Positions 25,959 to 36,070 of a stretch of DNA of 37,628 bases are shown here, in pieces (position 1 is the stretch's first letter; each line of letters starts with the position of its first letter). Made by a program: the position numbers and the translations under genes. Location: positions 1-37,628 of the IMG/VR virus record IMGVR_UViG_3300045988_104568. One strand, 5' to 3'. Under the pieces are notes generated by a model that did not search any database, was not told where the DNA came from, and worked only from the letters and a program-made list of their open reading frames with translations. Origin of the DNA: a virus.

Positions 25959-26049
25959 CGATATCTCCTCTGTTTTCTACTTTCGTGCCAGCTCCAATAA
26001 CTGTAATTTGTGGTTCTTCTACTTTTCCTCGTGCCTCTCCACTGTTCAT
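25918..26049 (-). CDS. Possible 43-aa ORF in the Tal-BppU gap
   Basis: ATG at 26049 lies 5 nt after GAGGTGA and 14 nt after the Tal stop. The ORF overlaps the start of the next gene out of frame, so it is weakly supported. Confidence 0.2.
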   Translation of the reverse strand: MNSGEARGKVEEPQITVIGAGTKVENRGDIDESRKDNKVEDTE

Positions 26050-26063
26050 AATTCATCACCTCA

Positions 26064-28070
26064 TTAGAAATTCTGCGTTCTCGTGCTCCAGCTTTTGATT
26101 GCACCATTTACAACATTGACCTTTACCCAGTCTACGCTGGTTATACCGCCATTCGCCCAGGAAAGACCGCTTATGACTTCGAACGTTCCGTTGGCTACTG
26201 AATTTGATGGTATTGATGTAATCAGTCCGCTTTCCACCCCGATTCTTACTCCTCCGGCAAGGAAATCACCATTTGGCATACCTCGGATCCATGTAGATCC
26301 GCCATGCTTACGGCTAATCCATTCTTCCGAATTTCCCTTTCCGTCAACCGTAAAAAGTCCTGTGTAACCATTTTCGCCAATAAAAACTGACTGCCCTTCT
26401 TCTGTCTCGGTATCTCTTCGTTTTACGCTTAATCGAACTTGGTCATCAGCATCCGACATGAGTTCAATTCCCTTGTGTTCTTTGTCAACTGTCAGAAATG
26501 ATCGCAGGCTACCAACATAATTCCCGTCATCGTCCCATGCGTATAGATTTATTTTGTTATCAAATATATCTAACGATTTTACGCCGTTAAATGCGTATTG
26601 CTGGAAACGTCCAGACATCTGGATATCACCGGTTTCCAAGTTCCACCAGTTCCGTCCTGTTTTGTCGGACAGTATTCCTGCCACGATCGTACTTGCTATA
26701 ATTCCACTCGCTGTGATTGCAGTCGTCCAATCCCATCCGCGCCCGTCTGCAGTACGTGTCTTTGAGATTTCCAGTCCCTGTGTTCCCATTGCCATCGCAC
26801 CATACAATGGACTATTTTCATCCAAATCTTCAAATAGCACAGCTCTCACTGTCATTCGCTTTGCAACACTTTGTTGACACTTCAGCTGCGTCTGCATAGC
26901 ATCCAGAACCCCTGAAATCTTATCAGCCATCAATGTTCCATTATTTCTGAACACCGAAGCAATTCTTTCTATCGTGCTTGTCATCTGCTTAATGAAATTC
27001 GTCTGATAATCTCCAAGTGTTACAGAATCTACTGTATCGCGAATGCAATCCCAAACCATTCCTATACATCTTGCTTCTGTTGTAATATCTAATTTGGTGT
27101 TATAGCATTTCGCAGTATCGCCTAAACTGATTTTAACTAAATCCGAAAAATCTTTATACTCTTCTGTATTTTCCAAATCAATAACCGATACCTTTATACT
27201 TACTTCCGGAAGATCTATCCCTGCGGAAAATTGTTCTTCACATCTGGTTGTAAGCGCCTGATCCATCTCTTCTTGAGACTTACAAAGAATGGTGCCATTC
27301 TCTTCATCATCTTCCTGGGCATCCTCTTCCATCTTCACATCTTCAAAGCGAATTTCCTTTGTATAAACCTTGGCATACTTATCAATATTTGCAGAATCTA
27401 CATAGCCGCTATTCCCGCCAATCGTGTATCCGTTGTAAGCAACCGGTACAATTCTGGTTACAACGTTCTCCATGCTGATCTCGCACTGGATTCCGTCCAT
27501 GTTTTTGCGATACCGGACCTCTGCTCCATAATCACCGCCAACACGCTCATTTACGATCACCTTATAATTGTCATATAGAATTTCTCCTCCCCACCTCTGG
27601 ATAAATGTTGGTGAGTCCTCTCCGTTTAACGCATCCATCATATTGCGGCGCTCAAAATATGCCGTACTTGTTCTGGTAATATTGGATTCTGCAGAGTATT
27701 TATTTCCGGCAAGCATAATGTTCAATGCTTCTTGTCCGTTTTTATCGGTCGGCCGGCTGTCTGTCAAAAACTGATCATCTCCGGAATCCCAGAAAATCGG
27801 ATACGCTACTGCAGTAATTTCCGAATCATCCTGATCAACCGTACTCACCCGGTCGATCCGGAACAGTTGTTTTTTCCCCATAAATGTCGGAACGGCAATC
27901 ACGGCTTCCTCTTCAATGTATTTCCATCGACCTTCGTCATCAATGGGATGTGTCATATTAAGCACCCAGGTGCCGTTCAGTTCTGCAGACACTTTACATT
28001 CCTCCGGAAATAATGTTTCATCTCCGTTATGATCAAAGTCTGTATTCTGACTGTCATAAATTTGTATCAT
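26064..28070 (-). CDS. Tail-associated lysin / tail tip protein (Tal, prophage tail endopeptidase family)
   Basis: About 668 aa. The likely ATG at 28070 overlaps the Dit stop (ATGA) and follows GGGGAG. Position after Dit is canonical. Confidence 0.75.
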   Translation of the reverse strand: MIQIYDSQNTDFDHNGDETLFPEECKVSAELNGTWVLNMTHPIDDEGRWKYIEEEAVIAVPTFMGKKQLFRIDRVSTVDQDDSEITAVAYPIFWDSGDDQFLTDSRPTDKNGQEALNIMLAGNKYSAESNITRTSTAYFERRNMMDALNGEDSPTFIQRWGGEILYDNYKVIVNERVGGDYGAEVRYRKNMDGIQCEISMENVVTRIVPVAYNGYTIGGNSGYVDSANIDKYAKVYTKEIRFEDVKMEEDAQEDDEENGTILCKSQEEMDQALTTRCEEQFSAGIDLPEVSIKVSVIDLENTEEYKDFSDLVKISLGDTAKCYNTKLDITTEARCIGMVWDCIRDTVDSVTLGDYQTNFIKQMTSTIERIASVFRNNGTLMADKISGVLDAMQTQLKCQQSVAKRMTVRAVLFEDLDENSPLYGAMAMGTQGLEISKTRTADGRGWDWTTAITASGIIASTIVAGILSDKTGRNWWNLETGDIQMSGRFQQYAFNGVKSLDIFDNKINLYAWDDDGNYVGSLRSFLTVDKEHKGIELMSDADDQVRLSVKRRDTETEEGQSVFIGENGYTGLFTVDGKGNSEEWISRKHGGSTWIRGMPNGDFLAGGVRIGVESGLITSIPSNSVANGTFEVISGLSWANGGITSVDWVKVNVVNGAIKSWSTRTQNF

Positions 28071-28780
28071 AGCCGTACTCCCCATTTTGGTATAACTTCT
28101 GCAGCAAATCCGGAACTTACAGATATCTCATTCAATCCTTCCTGCAGATATAGATTTTCGTAATCTCCTGTTATTGCTGTATTATTTAAAGCACCATCTT
28201 CCCGGTATGCCTGCATGAGATCCACATTGATCAGAAGATTCTGTCCGACATTTGCCGAAACTTCTTTTCCGTTCACTGTAATCTTGCAAACTCCTTCACC
28301 TGATATCTTAAGGATCGGGTGTGATTCTGACCACGGATTATATAGTCGAAGCGTTCCACTAATTGGAACCGATACATCTCCTTCCTGCAGATACATAACC
28401 GGATCACAGGTAAATGTTACTATCACATTTCCAAATATCCCGTATTTCTTTTTAATATCGTCTATGCTTACCTTTTTAACCAGAAAATAATATTCTTCCA
28501 TATCCGTATACACTATCCGACCGGTGCTCATAAGGAACTTCCGGATCTCCAACATTTTTAATTCATGCTCATTCCTATCTGCAGCACGAAATTCTATTTC
28601 ATTTTCAATTGTCGTATCAGAATATTCACCGGTTCTTCTGGTCAGTGTACCGACACGACCCGGGACCTCGATACTATCAATCTTCTCTGTTCCAAACTCA
28701 AATACCGGATAACTTAAGAAATGGATACCATAATCCAATGTGGCACCCATTTCATTTTCAAATCCATATCTTTTATTCAC
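28067..28780 (-). CDS. Distal tail protein (Dit)
   Basis: 237 aa, immediately after the tape measure gene with a 1-nt overlap. Confidence 0.75.
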   Translation of the reverse strand: MNKRYGFENEMGATLDYGIHFLSYPVFEFGTEKIDSIEVPGRVGTLTRRTGEYSDTTIENEIEFRAADRNEHELKMLEIRKFLMSTGRIVYTDMEEYYFLVKKVSIDDIKKKYGIFGNVIVTFTCDPVMYLQEGDVSVPISGTLRLYNPWSESHPILKISGEGVCKITVNGKEVSANVGQNLLINVDLMQAYREDGALNNTAITGDYENLYLQEGLNEISVSSGFAAEVIPKWGVRL

Positions 28781-31161
28781 TATTTTTTCACGCCTTTCGA
28801 CTTCTCATAGTCTTTTTTATCGCCATCTATTTTCTTGATGACCGCTTTTGTTGTCTTGGTGACAAGAGGTTTTCCGTCTACCTCGAAAGTGTTGTTGATC
28901 ACAATCGGTGTTCCGGAATCATCTCCGTCGTCTTTCTTCCCAGTAGCCTTTTGCACATCTACTCTTTCGGATTTACCTCCAGATACTGACAATTCTACTT
29001 TTCTAACTGCTTTGTCGATACTTGCCCCCATTTCATTGGTCGGAATATTGTCCTCAAAACCTTCTCCCATTCCAAGGGCCATATATTTACCTACCTGATC
29101 ACGAAATACTGTAGATGGTGAATGAATTCCAAGGAAACTCTTCGCTGCGTTTAATGCGGCTTTTGCTGCGTTCATCGCAGCTCTTGCTATTGCACCTGCA
29201 GCACCTCTTAATCCATTTGCAATACCTCTTGCGATATTTTCTCCAATAGAACCCCAATTAATTGAAAACGGATTTTTAATCGCGTTAATAATCGATCTTG
29301 CAATAGACGCGATAGAACTCAGCATGGATTTCAGTCCATTTCCAAGTCCTTGTATAATTCCCTTGCCGGCAGTAAACAAATTCAAATGTGTGATCACATT
29401 TAAAATCGCTTTTACAATTTCGCCCGCATTCGCAATAATTGTTGGTATGCTCTGTATAATTCCTTTAGCAAGAGTAAGAAGAATCTTTATGCCTGCAGCA
29501 AGAATTTTTGGTAGCAAGCTATCAATATTCTCGCAAAACGTATTGATCAGCTTCGGTACTTGCTCAATCAGTGTCGGCAATGAGTTCGCAATTCCTTCTG
29601 CAAGTGCCACCAGCATATTCAGCCCTGCCTGAACTATAGCAGGAAGGTTATCTACCAGTCCTTGCGCAAATGAAAGAATTGCAGATACCGCAAGTGGTAT
29701 TAAATCTGGAAGCTTCGAACTTATTCCATCTAAAACGCTGGTAAGCATTTGCGTGCCGGCTGTTAATGCTTCTGGTCCATGATCAATAATTCCCGTCAGG
29801 AATGTGGTTAAAATCGTGTATGCCAGCACACCTAATATCGGAATTAAATTCGAAATTCCCTGTCCCAGAGTAGTAAGAATCTGCCCGCCGGCTGTTGCGA
29901 TCTGAGGCATATTATCTACCAGGCTCTGAACAATCGCCTGGATAACTCGAATTGATATATCCAAGACTTTAGGAGTTGCCCCGGCTATACCGGTAAGAAG
30001 ATTTGCAATGATCTGTCCGCCGGCCTCAATAAGACCTGCTGTACCATCTTCTTGGAACGCTTTTATTAATTGTCTTAATGAATCGGCACCAACTTTTACG
30101 ATATCCTTAAGCGGTGTTTGAATAGATTCATATAATTCGATGCCAAGACCTTCTGCTGCACTTTGGAATGAAGTTATTGCTCCTTGCAAATTATCATTCA
30201 TGGTCTCTGCCATTTCTGCAGATGCACCATCACAATTTGCAATGGAATCCGATAATTTATTGAAATCATCGTCGGATGCATTCACTATAGCGAGCAGTCC
30301 AGACATCGCTTCCTGCCCGCCAATCGAGGCGGCCATCTGTGCTTTCTGCTGCTCTGTAAGACCTGCAAATGCGCCTCTCATACCCACCATAATCTCTTTC
30401 AGAGATTTCATGGATCCATCGTTATTGGTAATTGATAACCCAAGAGTAGACATCGCAGAGGATACTTCATCTGTAGGCTTAGCCATCCTCGTGAAAATTG
30501 AGCGAAGAGCTGTACCAGCCTGTGTTGCCTTGATTCCCGAGTTGGCCATCAGACCAATAGCCGTAGCGCAATCCTCGGCAGAAAATCCAAGAGAACCGGC
30601 TACAGGAGCAACATACTTAAATGTCTCACCCATCATAGAGACATTGGTATTTGCATTAGATGAAGCTTTCGCCAATATATCAGCAAAATGCGTAGAATCT
30701 TTTGCTGACAATCCAAATGCTGTTAATGCATCTGTAACGATGTCACTTGTAGTGGCAAGATCTTCCCCAGAAGCTGCTGCCAAATTCATAATACCTTCGA
30801 TACCGTCAAGCATATCTCCGGTCTTCCAGCCGGCCATTGCCATGTACTGAAAAGCTTCTGCTGACTCTGTGGCTGAGAACTTTGTCTTAGCTCCCATCTC
30901 TTTCGCTTTGTCGGTTAACTGCTGCAATTCACTTCCGGTTGCTCCGGATATTGCGGAAACCTTACTCATCCCCGCTTCAAAATCAGAACCGACCTTAATG
31001 GCCGCTGCAGATCCAGCACCAATCGCTGATGCTACTCCCGCAATTGCTCCACCAAGAACAGTAAGACCGCCCTTAGCAATTGAACCAAGTTTTCCTATTC
31101 CTGATTTAAAACCAGATTCATCAAGTTTTGTGTCAAAATTCAAGTGGCCATCTGCCGCCAT
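28780..31161 (-). CDS. Tail tape measure protein
   Basis: 793 aa, rich in Ala, Gly and Ile and helical throughout. The core region ATESAEAFQYMAMAGWK is TP901-type. Confidence 0.9.
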   Translation of the reverse strand: MAADGHLNFDTKLDESGFKSGIGKLGSIAKGGLTVLGGAIAGVASAIGAGSAAAIKVGSDFEAGMSKVSAISGATGSELQQLTDKAKEMGAKTKFSATESAEAFQYMAMAGWKTGDMLDGIEGIMNLAAASGEDLATTSDIVTDALTAFGLSAKDSTHFADILAKASSNANTNVSMMGETFKYVAPVAGSLGFSAEDCATAIGLMANSGIKATQAGTALRSIFTRMAKPTDEVSSAMSTLGLSITNNDGSMKSLKEIMVGMRGAFAGLTEQQKAQMAASIGGQEAMSGLLAIVNASDDDFNKLSDSIANCDGASAEMAETMNDNLQGAITSFQSAAEGLGIELYESIQTPLKDIVKVGADSLRQLIKAFQEDGTAGLIEAGGQIIANLLTGIAGATPKVLDISIRVIQAIVQSLVDNMPQIATAGGQILTTLGQGISNLIPILGVLAYTILTTFLTGIIDHGPEALTAGTQMLTSVLDGISSKLPDLIPLAVSAILSFAQGLVDNLPAIVQAGLNMLVALAEGIANSLPTLIEQVPKLINTFCENIDSLLPKILAAGIKILLTLAKGIIQSIPTIIANAGEIVKAILNVITHLNLFTAGKGIIQGLGNGLKSMLSSIASIARSIINAIKNPFSINWGSIGENIARGIANGLRGAAGAIARAAMNAAKAALNAAKSFLGIHSPSTVFRDQVGKYMALGMGEGFEDNIPTNEMGASIDKAVRKVELSVSGGKSERVDVQKATGKKDDGDDSGTPIVINNTFEVDGKPLVTKTTKAVIKKIDGDKKDYEKSKGVKK

Positions 31162-31203
31162 ACTATCACCCTTTCCCGGTAAATAGCACGGCTCACAGGC
31201 TCA

Positions 31204-31368
31204 CTAGTGCTTTATTATCACCTCAAATTCTCTTTTACAAAATTTACATTTGATAAAGACTCCACTGCATACGGCAGTATTGTCATAGATCAGAGCCGAC
31301 TTTTTACAGTACGGACACTGATACCATTTCCGTTCCAGCGGAGGTTTTTTTATATTACATAAATGCAT
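31204..31368 (-). CDS. Small four-Cys zinc-ribbon protein (cysteine-rich KTR-like)
   Basis: Contains WYQCPYCKK...IKCKFCKREF. The ATG at 31368 (or GTG at 31386) overlaps the end of the Gp15-like gene. Confidence 0.5.
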   Translation of the reverse strand: MHLCNIKKPPLERKWYQCPYCKKSALIYDNTAVCSGVFIKCKFCKREFEVIIKH

Positions 31369-31978
31369 TTCCGATGTCTTCGTCACTTACATATTCCTCC
31401 TCCGGTATCGTAATGCTTCTACGGATTTTCAATATCTCCATTCGCTCTTTCTTCTCCATCTTGCTCACATCGCAAGTGCGCCAATATATACGCTTCTTAA
31501 TCTGACTCTCTTCATTCAGACCATCTAGGAGCATTCGGAACTCCCACCAATGCATGTACGGAACTGATAGAAGATTCACCTGATATTCTCTTCGAAAAGC
31601 AGATATAATATATGGTGCGTCCTGCTCATAATAAATAGCCTTTTTCTCCGTCGCATCCTTATACTCTACCTCTTCCAACTTTTCATCGAATTCTTCTACT
31701 TCTTCTAACTCACCCGAATACTGATTCGGAAATTCCAAAGCTTCCAACGACAAAAAAGAGGTTATGGAATCCATTACCTCTTCGATACCTTCTTCTGTAT
31801 ATAAGTCAGGTACATCTTCTAGGAACATTTCTGCAAGAAACTCCAGCTTATACTGTGGTTGGAGGTCCGACTTCAACATATCCGAAAAGCGAATCCATTC
31901 TCGAAAATCCGTTATAATAGGATATTCTTTTCCATTGATTTTCAATGTTTCCGGAAGATCTTCATAAAATACATTCAT
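31355..31978 (-). CDS. Phage Gp15-family protein (tail assembly)
   Basis: 207 aa. The N-terminus LKINGKEYPIITDFREWIRF is typical of the Gp15 family. Confidence 0.65.
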   Translation of the reverse strand: MNVFYEDLPETLKINGKEYPIITDFREWIRFSDMLKSDLQPQYKLEFLAEMFLEDVPDLYTEEGIEEVMDSITSFLSLEALEFPNQYSGELEEVEEFDEKLEEVEYKDATEKKAIYYEQDAPYIISAFRREYQVNLLSVPYMHWWEFRMLLDGLNEESQIKKRIYWRTCDVSKMEKKERMEILKIRRSITIPEEEYVSDEDIGNAFM

Positions 31979-32358
31979 TACTTCTTAGCTCTTCTCTGCG
32001 CCCTGTTTGGTCTGTATTTACTTACGATTTTTGTTCGTTCTGCATTATTTGATTTCACCTGCGTTGAACAGATTTCAAGGAATTCACCGTAAACCCGATC
32101 AGTTGTCAAAGTATTATATTTTCCACCAAAGAGCTTCTCTGAAACGCCTTCTCCAAGAATATCGTCAAGCAGATGATTGAACATCTCACAATATCCTTTT
32201 GTAATTTCAGAGTTCTTTCCTGTTTTTTGCAGTGCTTTTTCTTCTTCCTGCATCTGCTCAAACGCTTTCTCATACTTAACCTGGAAGTCATAATCTGCCA
32301 TATCAATTTCAACTTCCACCTCTACATCATCAATTCCGTGTAATACATACTGGCTCAT
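31978..32358 (-). CDS. Tail assembly chaperone
   Basis: 126 aa and acidic, located between the major tail gene and the Gp15/TMP genes. Confidence 0.6.
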   Translation of the reverse strand: MSQYVLHGIDDVEVEVEIDMADYDFQVKYEKAFEQMQEEEKALQKTGKNSEITKGYCEMFNHLLDDILGEGVSEKLFGGKYNTLTTDRVYGEFLEICSTQVKSNNAERTKIVSKYRPNRAQRRAKK

Positions 32359-32381
32359 AGGCTCACCTCTTTCTTATTTTC

Positions 32382-32891
32382 CTACACCGGCATGGATCCG
32401 GCCGTAAATGTAATAGTCTGCCACTCATCTGCAGTTGTAGCATATCCTTCTGTGATTTCCGATACCGCTTTAAAGTTTCCGGAATAGATAAGGGCATCTG
32501 TTCCATCACCTTCGCTGTCGGCTACTACAGAATATGTCCTCTTCCTTGCTGGGGCATTCCCCTTACTGTCAACAGCAAACTTATCTACTGTGACAATATC
32601 TACATAGGTATCTGTTCCTAACAATTCATCATCTGTGATTTCTGCAATCTTTTCATGTACCGGCGTGTCTGTATGCCGGTCAAAAGAATATTCAATAGCC
32701 GGTGCGTAACCAACAACATCTGATGATTCCACATCCATATCTACATACTGCCGGCTATATTCCTTTGGATTCTTACTTCCCTTCAATGATGTAAATTTCG
32801 TCATTCTTGCAAAAGACGCTCCATCACCTGTTGTATCCATGAACGACAGTCTTTCACTTCTTTTTACAATTTTCTGCTTCTTAACTCCCAT
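32382..32891 (-). CDS. Major tail protein
   Basis: 169 aa. Assigned from position and composition. Confidence 0.7.
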   Translation of the reverse strand: MGVKKQKIVKRSERLSFMDTTGDGASFARMTKFTSLKGSKNPKEYSRQYVDMDVESSDVVGYAPAIEYSFDRHTDTPVHEKIAEITDDELLGTDTYVDIVTVDKFAVDSKGNAPARKRTYSVVADSEGDGTDALIYSGNFKAVSEITEGYATTADEWQTITFTAGSMPV

Positions 32892-32893
32892 TT

Positions 32894-33325
32894 CTATACC
32901 TCCTGTTCATATTCCAACTTGCACTGTATTTCGTATTGTCCAAGATCTGTGTCCAAATCAAATAGATATCCTTTCTGCATTACAGAAATGCTCGTTGGAG
33001 CCTTTCCGATTAATTCGGGATAGATTCCCTTGCTATCCTGTTCTGCAATCCAATCTTCAAACTGTTCATAGAACCCGCTATTTTCAATTGCTGTTCGGGC
33101 ATCTCCGTCATAGCAATCTTTACTGGTTAATGCAAATTGAAATTGCTTAATGCTTCCTCCATCTACATACTTCTTTATTAATGGATCACATGGAAGGGCA
33201 TTGATAGAATATTCCATATTTACCCCCAGATGATCTACATTTACCTTGTAATCTTTCAAGAAATCACAAGTCAAAATATAATCTCGTATACTGTCTATAA
33301 TCGGTTTGTATTTTTCAGTTTGCAA
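32894..33325 (-). CDS. Tail completion / head-tail joining protein
   Basis: 143 aa. Assigned from synteny. Confidence 0.5.
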   Translation of the reverse strand: MQTEKYKPIIDSIRDYILTCDFLKDYKVNVDHLGVNMEYSINALPCDPLIKKYVDGGSIKQFQFALTSKDCYDGDARTAIENSGFYEQFEDWIAEQDSKGIYPELIGKAPTSISVMQKGYLFDLDTDLGQYEIQCKLEYEQEV

Positions 33326-33698
33326 TAAATCTTGCAGCTCCTTTCCTGATAGAACTTAGATGCCCTCTTTTCATTGTCTCGAACCATTTTCTTTTTGACT
33401 TATGCTCATAATACTGTCGGCGGGCATATGGTGCCAAGTACTCAACGCTGCCACTACCTACAACCGTTCCCAGTGTTGCTGATTTAATCAAAAAACCGGT
33501 TCTCCGTGGAGCAAGTGGATTCATAAGCCTTAAACATTCGGAATCTACAAATGCCTGTGCTTTTGAAAATCCTTCTGACTTTTCTCTTCCGAATCCCGGA
33601 TTCCATTCCAGTTTTACTGTCACCTTACCATTTTTACCGGTCACAGATGATAATGTTCCTCTCGGTGTTGTAATTGAAAAATTCCTTTTCTGTGCCAT
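33315..33698 (-). CDS. Head-tail joining protein (minor capsid 2 / HK97 gp10-like)
   Basis: 127 aa. Assigned from synteny and the motif YLAPYARRQYYEH. Confidence 0.5.
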   Translation of the reverse strand: MAQKRNFSITTPRGTLSSVTGKNGKVTVKLEWNPGFGREKSEGFSKAQAFVDSECLRLMNPLAPRRTGFLIKSATLGTVVGSGSVEYLAPYARRQYYEHKSKRKWFETMKRGHLSSIRKGAARFIAN

Positions 33699-34109
33699 TT
33701 ACTCACCTTCAATTCTCCAATGTGGTAATCCTCCGAACCGATTATCCGACCAAGACAACACCTTACAGTGCCTCAATCGTACATCTTTCAGATCAGCTGG
33801 TCTTTCAATCTCCTGATCATACTCACCGAGCACAATCTGGTCTTCGATCTGAATGGTCCAGTGTTCTTCCGGATCTTTCAACTTCGCATATTCCTCTGGT
33901 GGAAGATACTGATCCGCATTCTCTATATCTGCAGGAATACGGATCTTATATACTTCTGCACTGTTTAGTCCGGAATCGCCAACGGATGCTTTGTGATCAA
34001 CATATACGTGAACATTCTCAATAACGGTTCTATGCCAGGTATCGAAACGGGTGAGTGTATCGTACCTGTGGTTATAGACAGTTATCGTTGCATTCGTTAA
34101 CATCATCAT
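33699..34109 (-). CDS. Head closure / minor capsid protein
   Basis: 136 aa. Assigned from synteny. Confidence 0.5.
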   Translation of the reverse strand: MMMLTNATITVYNHRYDTLTRFDTWHRTVIENVHVYVDHKASVGDSGLNSAEVYKIRIPADIENADQYLPPEEYAKLKDPEEHWTIQIEDQIVLGEYDQEIERPADLKDVRLRHCKVLSWSDNRFGGLPHWRIEGE

Positions 34110-34440
34110 CCACCGCCAAACTCATTAATCCTGTATTGATCAAATACACTTCTGCGATTTCATATAACATCACATTCAATGACTTGCCTGTATCATACGA
34201 TACGGAATAACCATCATTATTCTCTGACGTTTTCCCGTCACGCTGATCATACTTATATGCACAATCGCACATCTCACAGAGCGCTGTCTTCGCTTTTGCA
34301 GACCAGGCTCCCTCTGTCATTCGATTAAACGTATATCTATTCAATCTAGCACTCATTTTGATTTCCAAGGAAATCCAGTGGTTCTCCGGAATCAGAGAAC
34401 CACCAAAAGAATCCTTGTAATACTCGTATGTCACATTCAT
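34072..34440 (-). CDS. Head-tail adaptor
   Basis: 122 aa, first gene after the major capsid gene. Confidence 0.5.
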   Translation of the reverse strand: MNVTYEYYKDSFGGSLIPENHWISLEIKMSARLNRYTFNRMTEGAWSAKAKTALCEMCDCAYKYDQRDGKTSENNDGYSVSYDTGKSLNVMLYEIAEVYLINTGLMSLAVDDDVNECNDNCL

Positions 34441-34451
34441 GACATCACTCC

Positions 34452-35309
34452 TTACTCTCCGGCTTTGTGAACATAGATTGCTACTTTCTTATTGTCCTTC
34501 GCTTCTGCAATACCAACTGTTCTGTAACCGAACTTCCATGCATCAGCTGTCTGGTTCTGCTCCGGAGTGATAATCTTCGAAACTGTATGTTTCTGATACT
34601 GAATTGCTGCGTTTTTGTCCACAATCAAGAAATCAATTGCTTTTCCTCCCGTGGTTGCAAATCCACCTGCACCAGTTTTCGTCAGTGTGATTTTATCAAA
34701 GAATCTGCTTGCCGGTACTTCAATTACTCCTGCCCAATCTTCCATCGCCTTCTTTGATGCCGTTGTGTCAAGGTCATCAATCATTCCTTTCAGCGTTGTC
34801 GAAATAAACAGGTAGCAAGTCTCTGTTTTAGCCTCCGCATTCTTAATTGCAGTCTTGCCCGCACGAATTGCCGCAATACCTGCTTTTCCATCAGCAATCG
34901 CTCCTGTAACAACATTGTTTCCTGATGCATATCCAGCATACTTCGCAAGTCTCCATGTATCCAATTCCGGCACTACCTGTGTACGTAAGAACTCGCCGGA
35001 CAGACGTCCAAACGCGATACCTGCAGATTCAATATTATCCATTGCATCTACAGTGAACATACGACCTCGATCATAATCACACTTCTTTGTTTCGTAATCA
35101 AGCGTTACATCTCCTAAGGCATAGCCTGTCTGCTTATCATAATCTGCTAATCCGCTCATAGACATCTTCGGGATTAAGATTTCATTCGCATTTGCGCCCT
35201 CCTGAGCTAAATCATTCGGTCCATCCAGCACTGCTGTTAATGATGCTAACTTGTATGCCTCATCCAGAAGTGTGGAATATGTTTTTCTTAATGCAATTAC
35301 ATTTGGCAT
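34452..35309 (-). CDS. Major capsid protein
   Basis: 285 aa, located after the scaffold gene, with a strong RBS. Confidence 0.8.
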   Translation of the reverse strand: MPNVIALRKTYSTLLDEAYKLASLTAVLDGPNDLAQEGANANEILIPKMSMSGLADYDKQTGYALGDVTLDYETKKCDYDRGRMFTVDAMDNIESAGIAFGRLSGEFLRTQVVPELDTWRLAKYAGYASGNNVVTGAIADGKAGIAAIRAGKTAIKNAEAKTETCYLFISTTLKGMIDDLDTTASKKAMEDWAGVIEVPASRFFDKITLTKTGAGGFATTGGKAIDFLIVDKNAAIQYQKHTVSKIITPEQNQTADAWKFGYRTVGIAEAKDNKKVAIYVHKAGE

Positions 35310-35327
35310 ATCTTTCTACCTCTTTCT

Positions 35328-35894
35328 TTATTTCTTTTCCGGCAGTCCCATAGCAGCGCGAATAGCTGAGACATCGTCTGCTCCTGGATCCGCTCCACCG
35401 CTAATGTTGGTTCCACCTACTGCATTGTTGATTGGTTCGTTTGCTCCGAACAGATATCCGTCTGACTTCTTTACATCCTCCAAAGCCTTTTTGATATCTG
35501 CGGATTGATTCTTTGATTCTTTCAGAGCATCGATATCCAGCATGGCAATAACAGCCTTTTCGTTTCTTCCACCGGCAGTCTTGACTGCTTCTTTGATAGA
35601 ATCCATGAATACACGATCTGCCTCTTTCGCTGCGTATTCATCATCTTTTGCTTTCAGATCTCCCTGAAGCTTTGTGATCTGCCCCTGCAGATCTTTTACA
35701 TCGACACCTTCAAACTCCTTCAGCTTGGCATTCACATCATCCAGAGAGGCCTTATAGTTGTCCCTCTGCGAAACTGCATTATCATACTCGCTTTTAGTAC
35801 GATAATTTTCTTTCCAAGCCTTATCGAAATCCGCTTTTTTATCTGCCGGGACTTCCATACCATACTCTTTCAAAATCTCATAAATATTTTTCAT
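35328..35894 (-). CDS. Scaffolding protein (GP20-like)
   Basis: 188 aa, helical and charged. The start is preceded by AGGAGG. Confidence 0.75.
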   Translation of the reverse strand: MKNIYEILKEYGMEVPADKKADFDKAWKENYRTKSEYDNAVSQRDNYKASLDDVNAKLKEFEGVDVKDLQGQITKLQGDLKAKDDEYAAKEADRVFMDSIKEAVKTAGGRNEKAVIAMLDIDALKESKNQSADIKKALEDVKKSDGYLFGANEPINNAVGGTNISGGADPGADDVSAIRAAMGLPEKK

Positions 35895-36004
35895 AGTTAC
35901 ATTCCTCCTGAAATATTTTATTGACCGCTCTTTCAGCGGTATGGGATATAGCCGGTTAGACCTCCGGCCGGGTAATTGTCCAGTTTATAGCCTTATGACA
36001 GGGC

Positions 36005-36033
36005 ATAAAAATAAGACGCATAACCCTGCGTCT
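36005..36033 (-). terminator. Second of two tandem intrinsic terminators
   Basis: The minus strand reads AGACGCA-gggtta-TGCGTCT followed by TATTTTTAT. Confidence 0.55.
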
Positions 36034-36070
36034 CAAAGGGAGATAAGTGGATCACCTCCTAAAAATGCGT

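Noticed and set aside
30140-30850. 236-aa plus-strand ORF, with many similar plus-strand ORFs elsewhere (for example 871-1317, 9444-9767, 23054-23473, 28609-28989)
   Set aside because: All lie antisense to long, well-supported minus-strand genes. They have low-complexity Ser/Pro/Ala-rich translations and no RBS, so they are shadow ORFs.
31978-32358. Programmed -1 frameshift in the tail chaperone (G/GT type)
   Set aside because: No slippery heptamer is evident near the 3' end. The next gene has its own ATG overlapping the stop (TAATG), which is consistent with separate Gp15-family translation.
36049-36060. 12-nt identity to the 16S rRNA 3' end (GGATCACCTCCT), which could indicate an rRNA gene fragment
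   Set aside because: No flanking rRNA-like sequence is present, so I interpret it as an SD-type element on the opposite strand.
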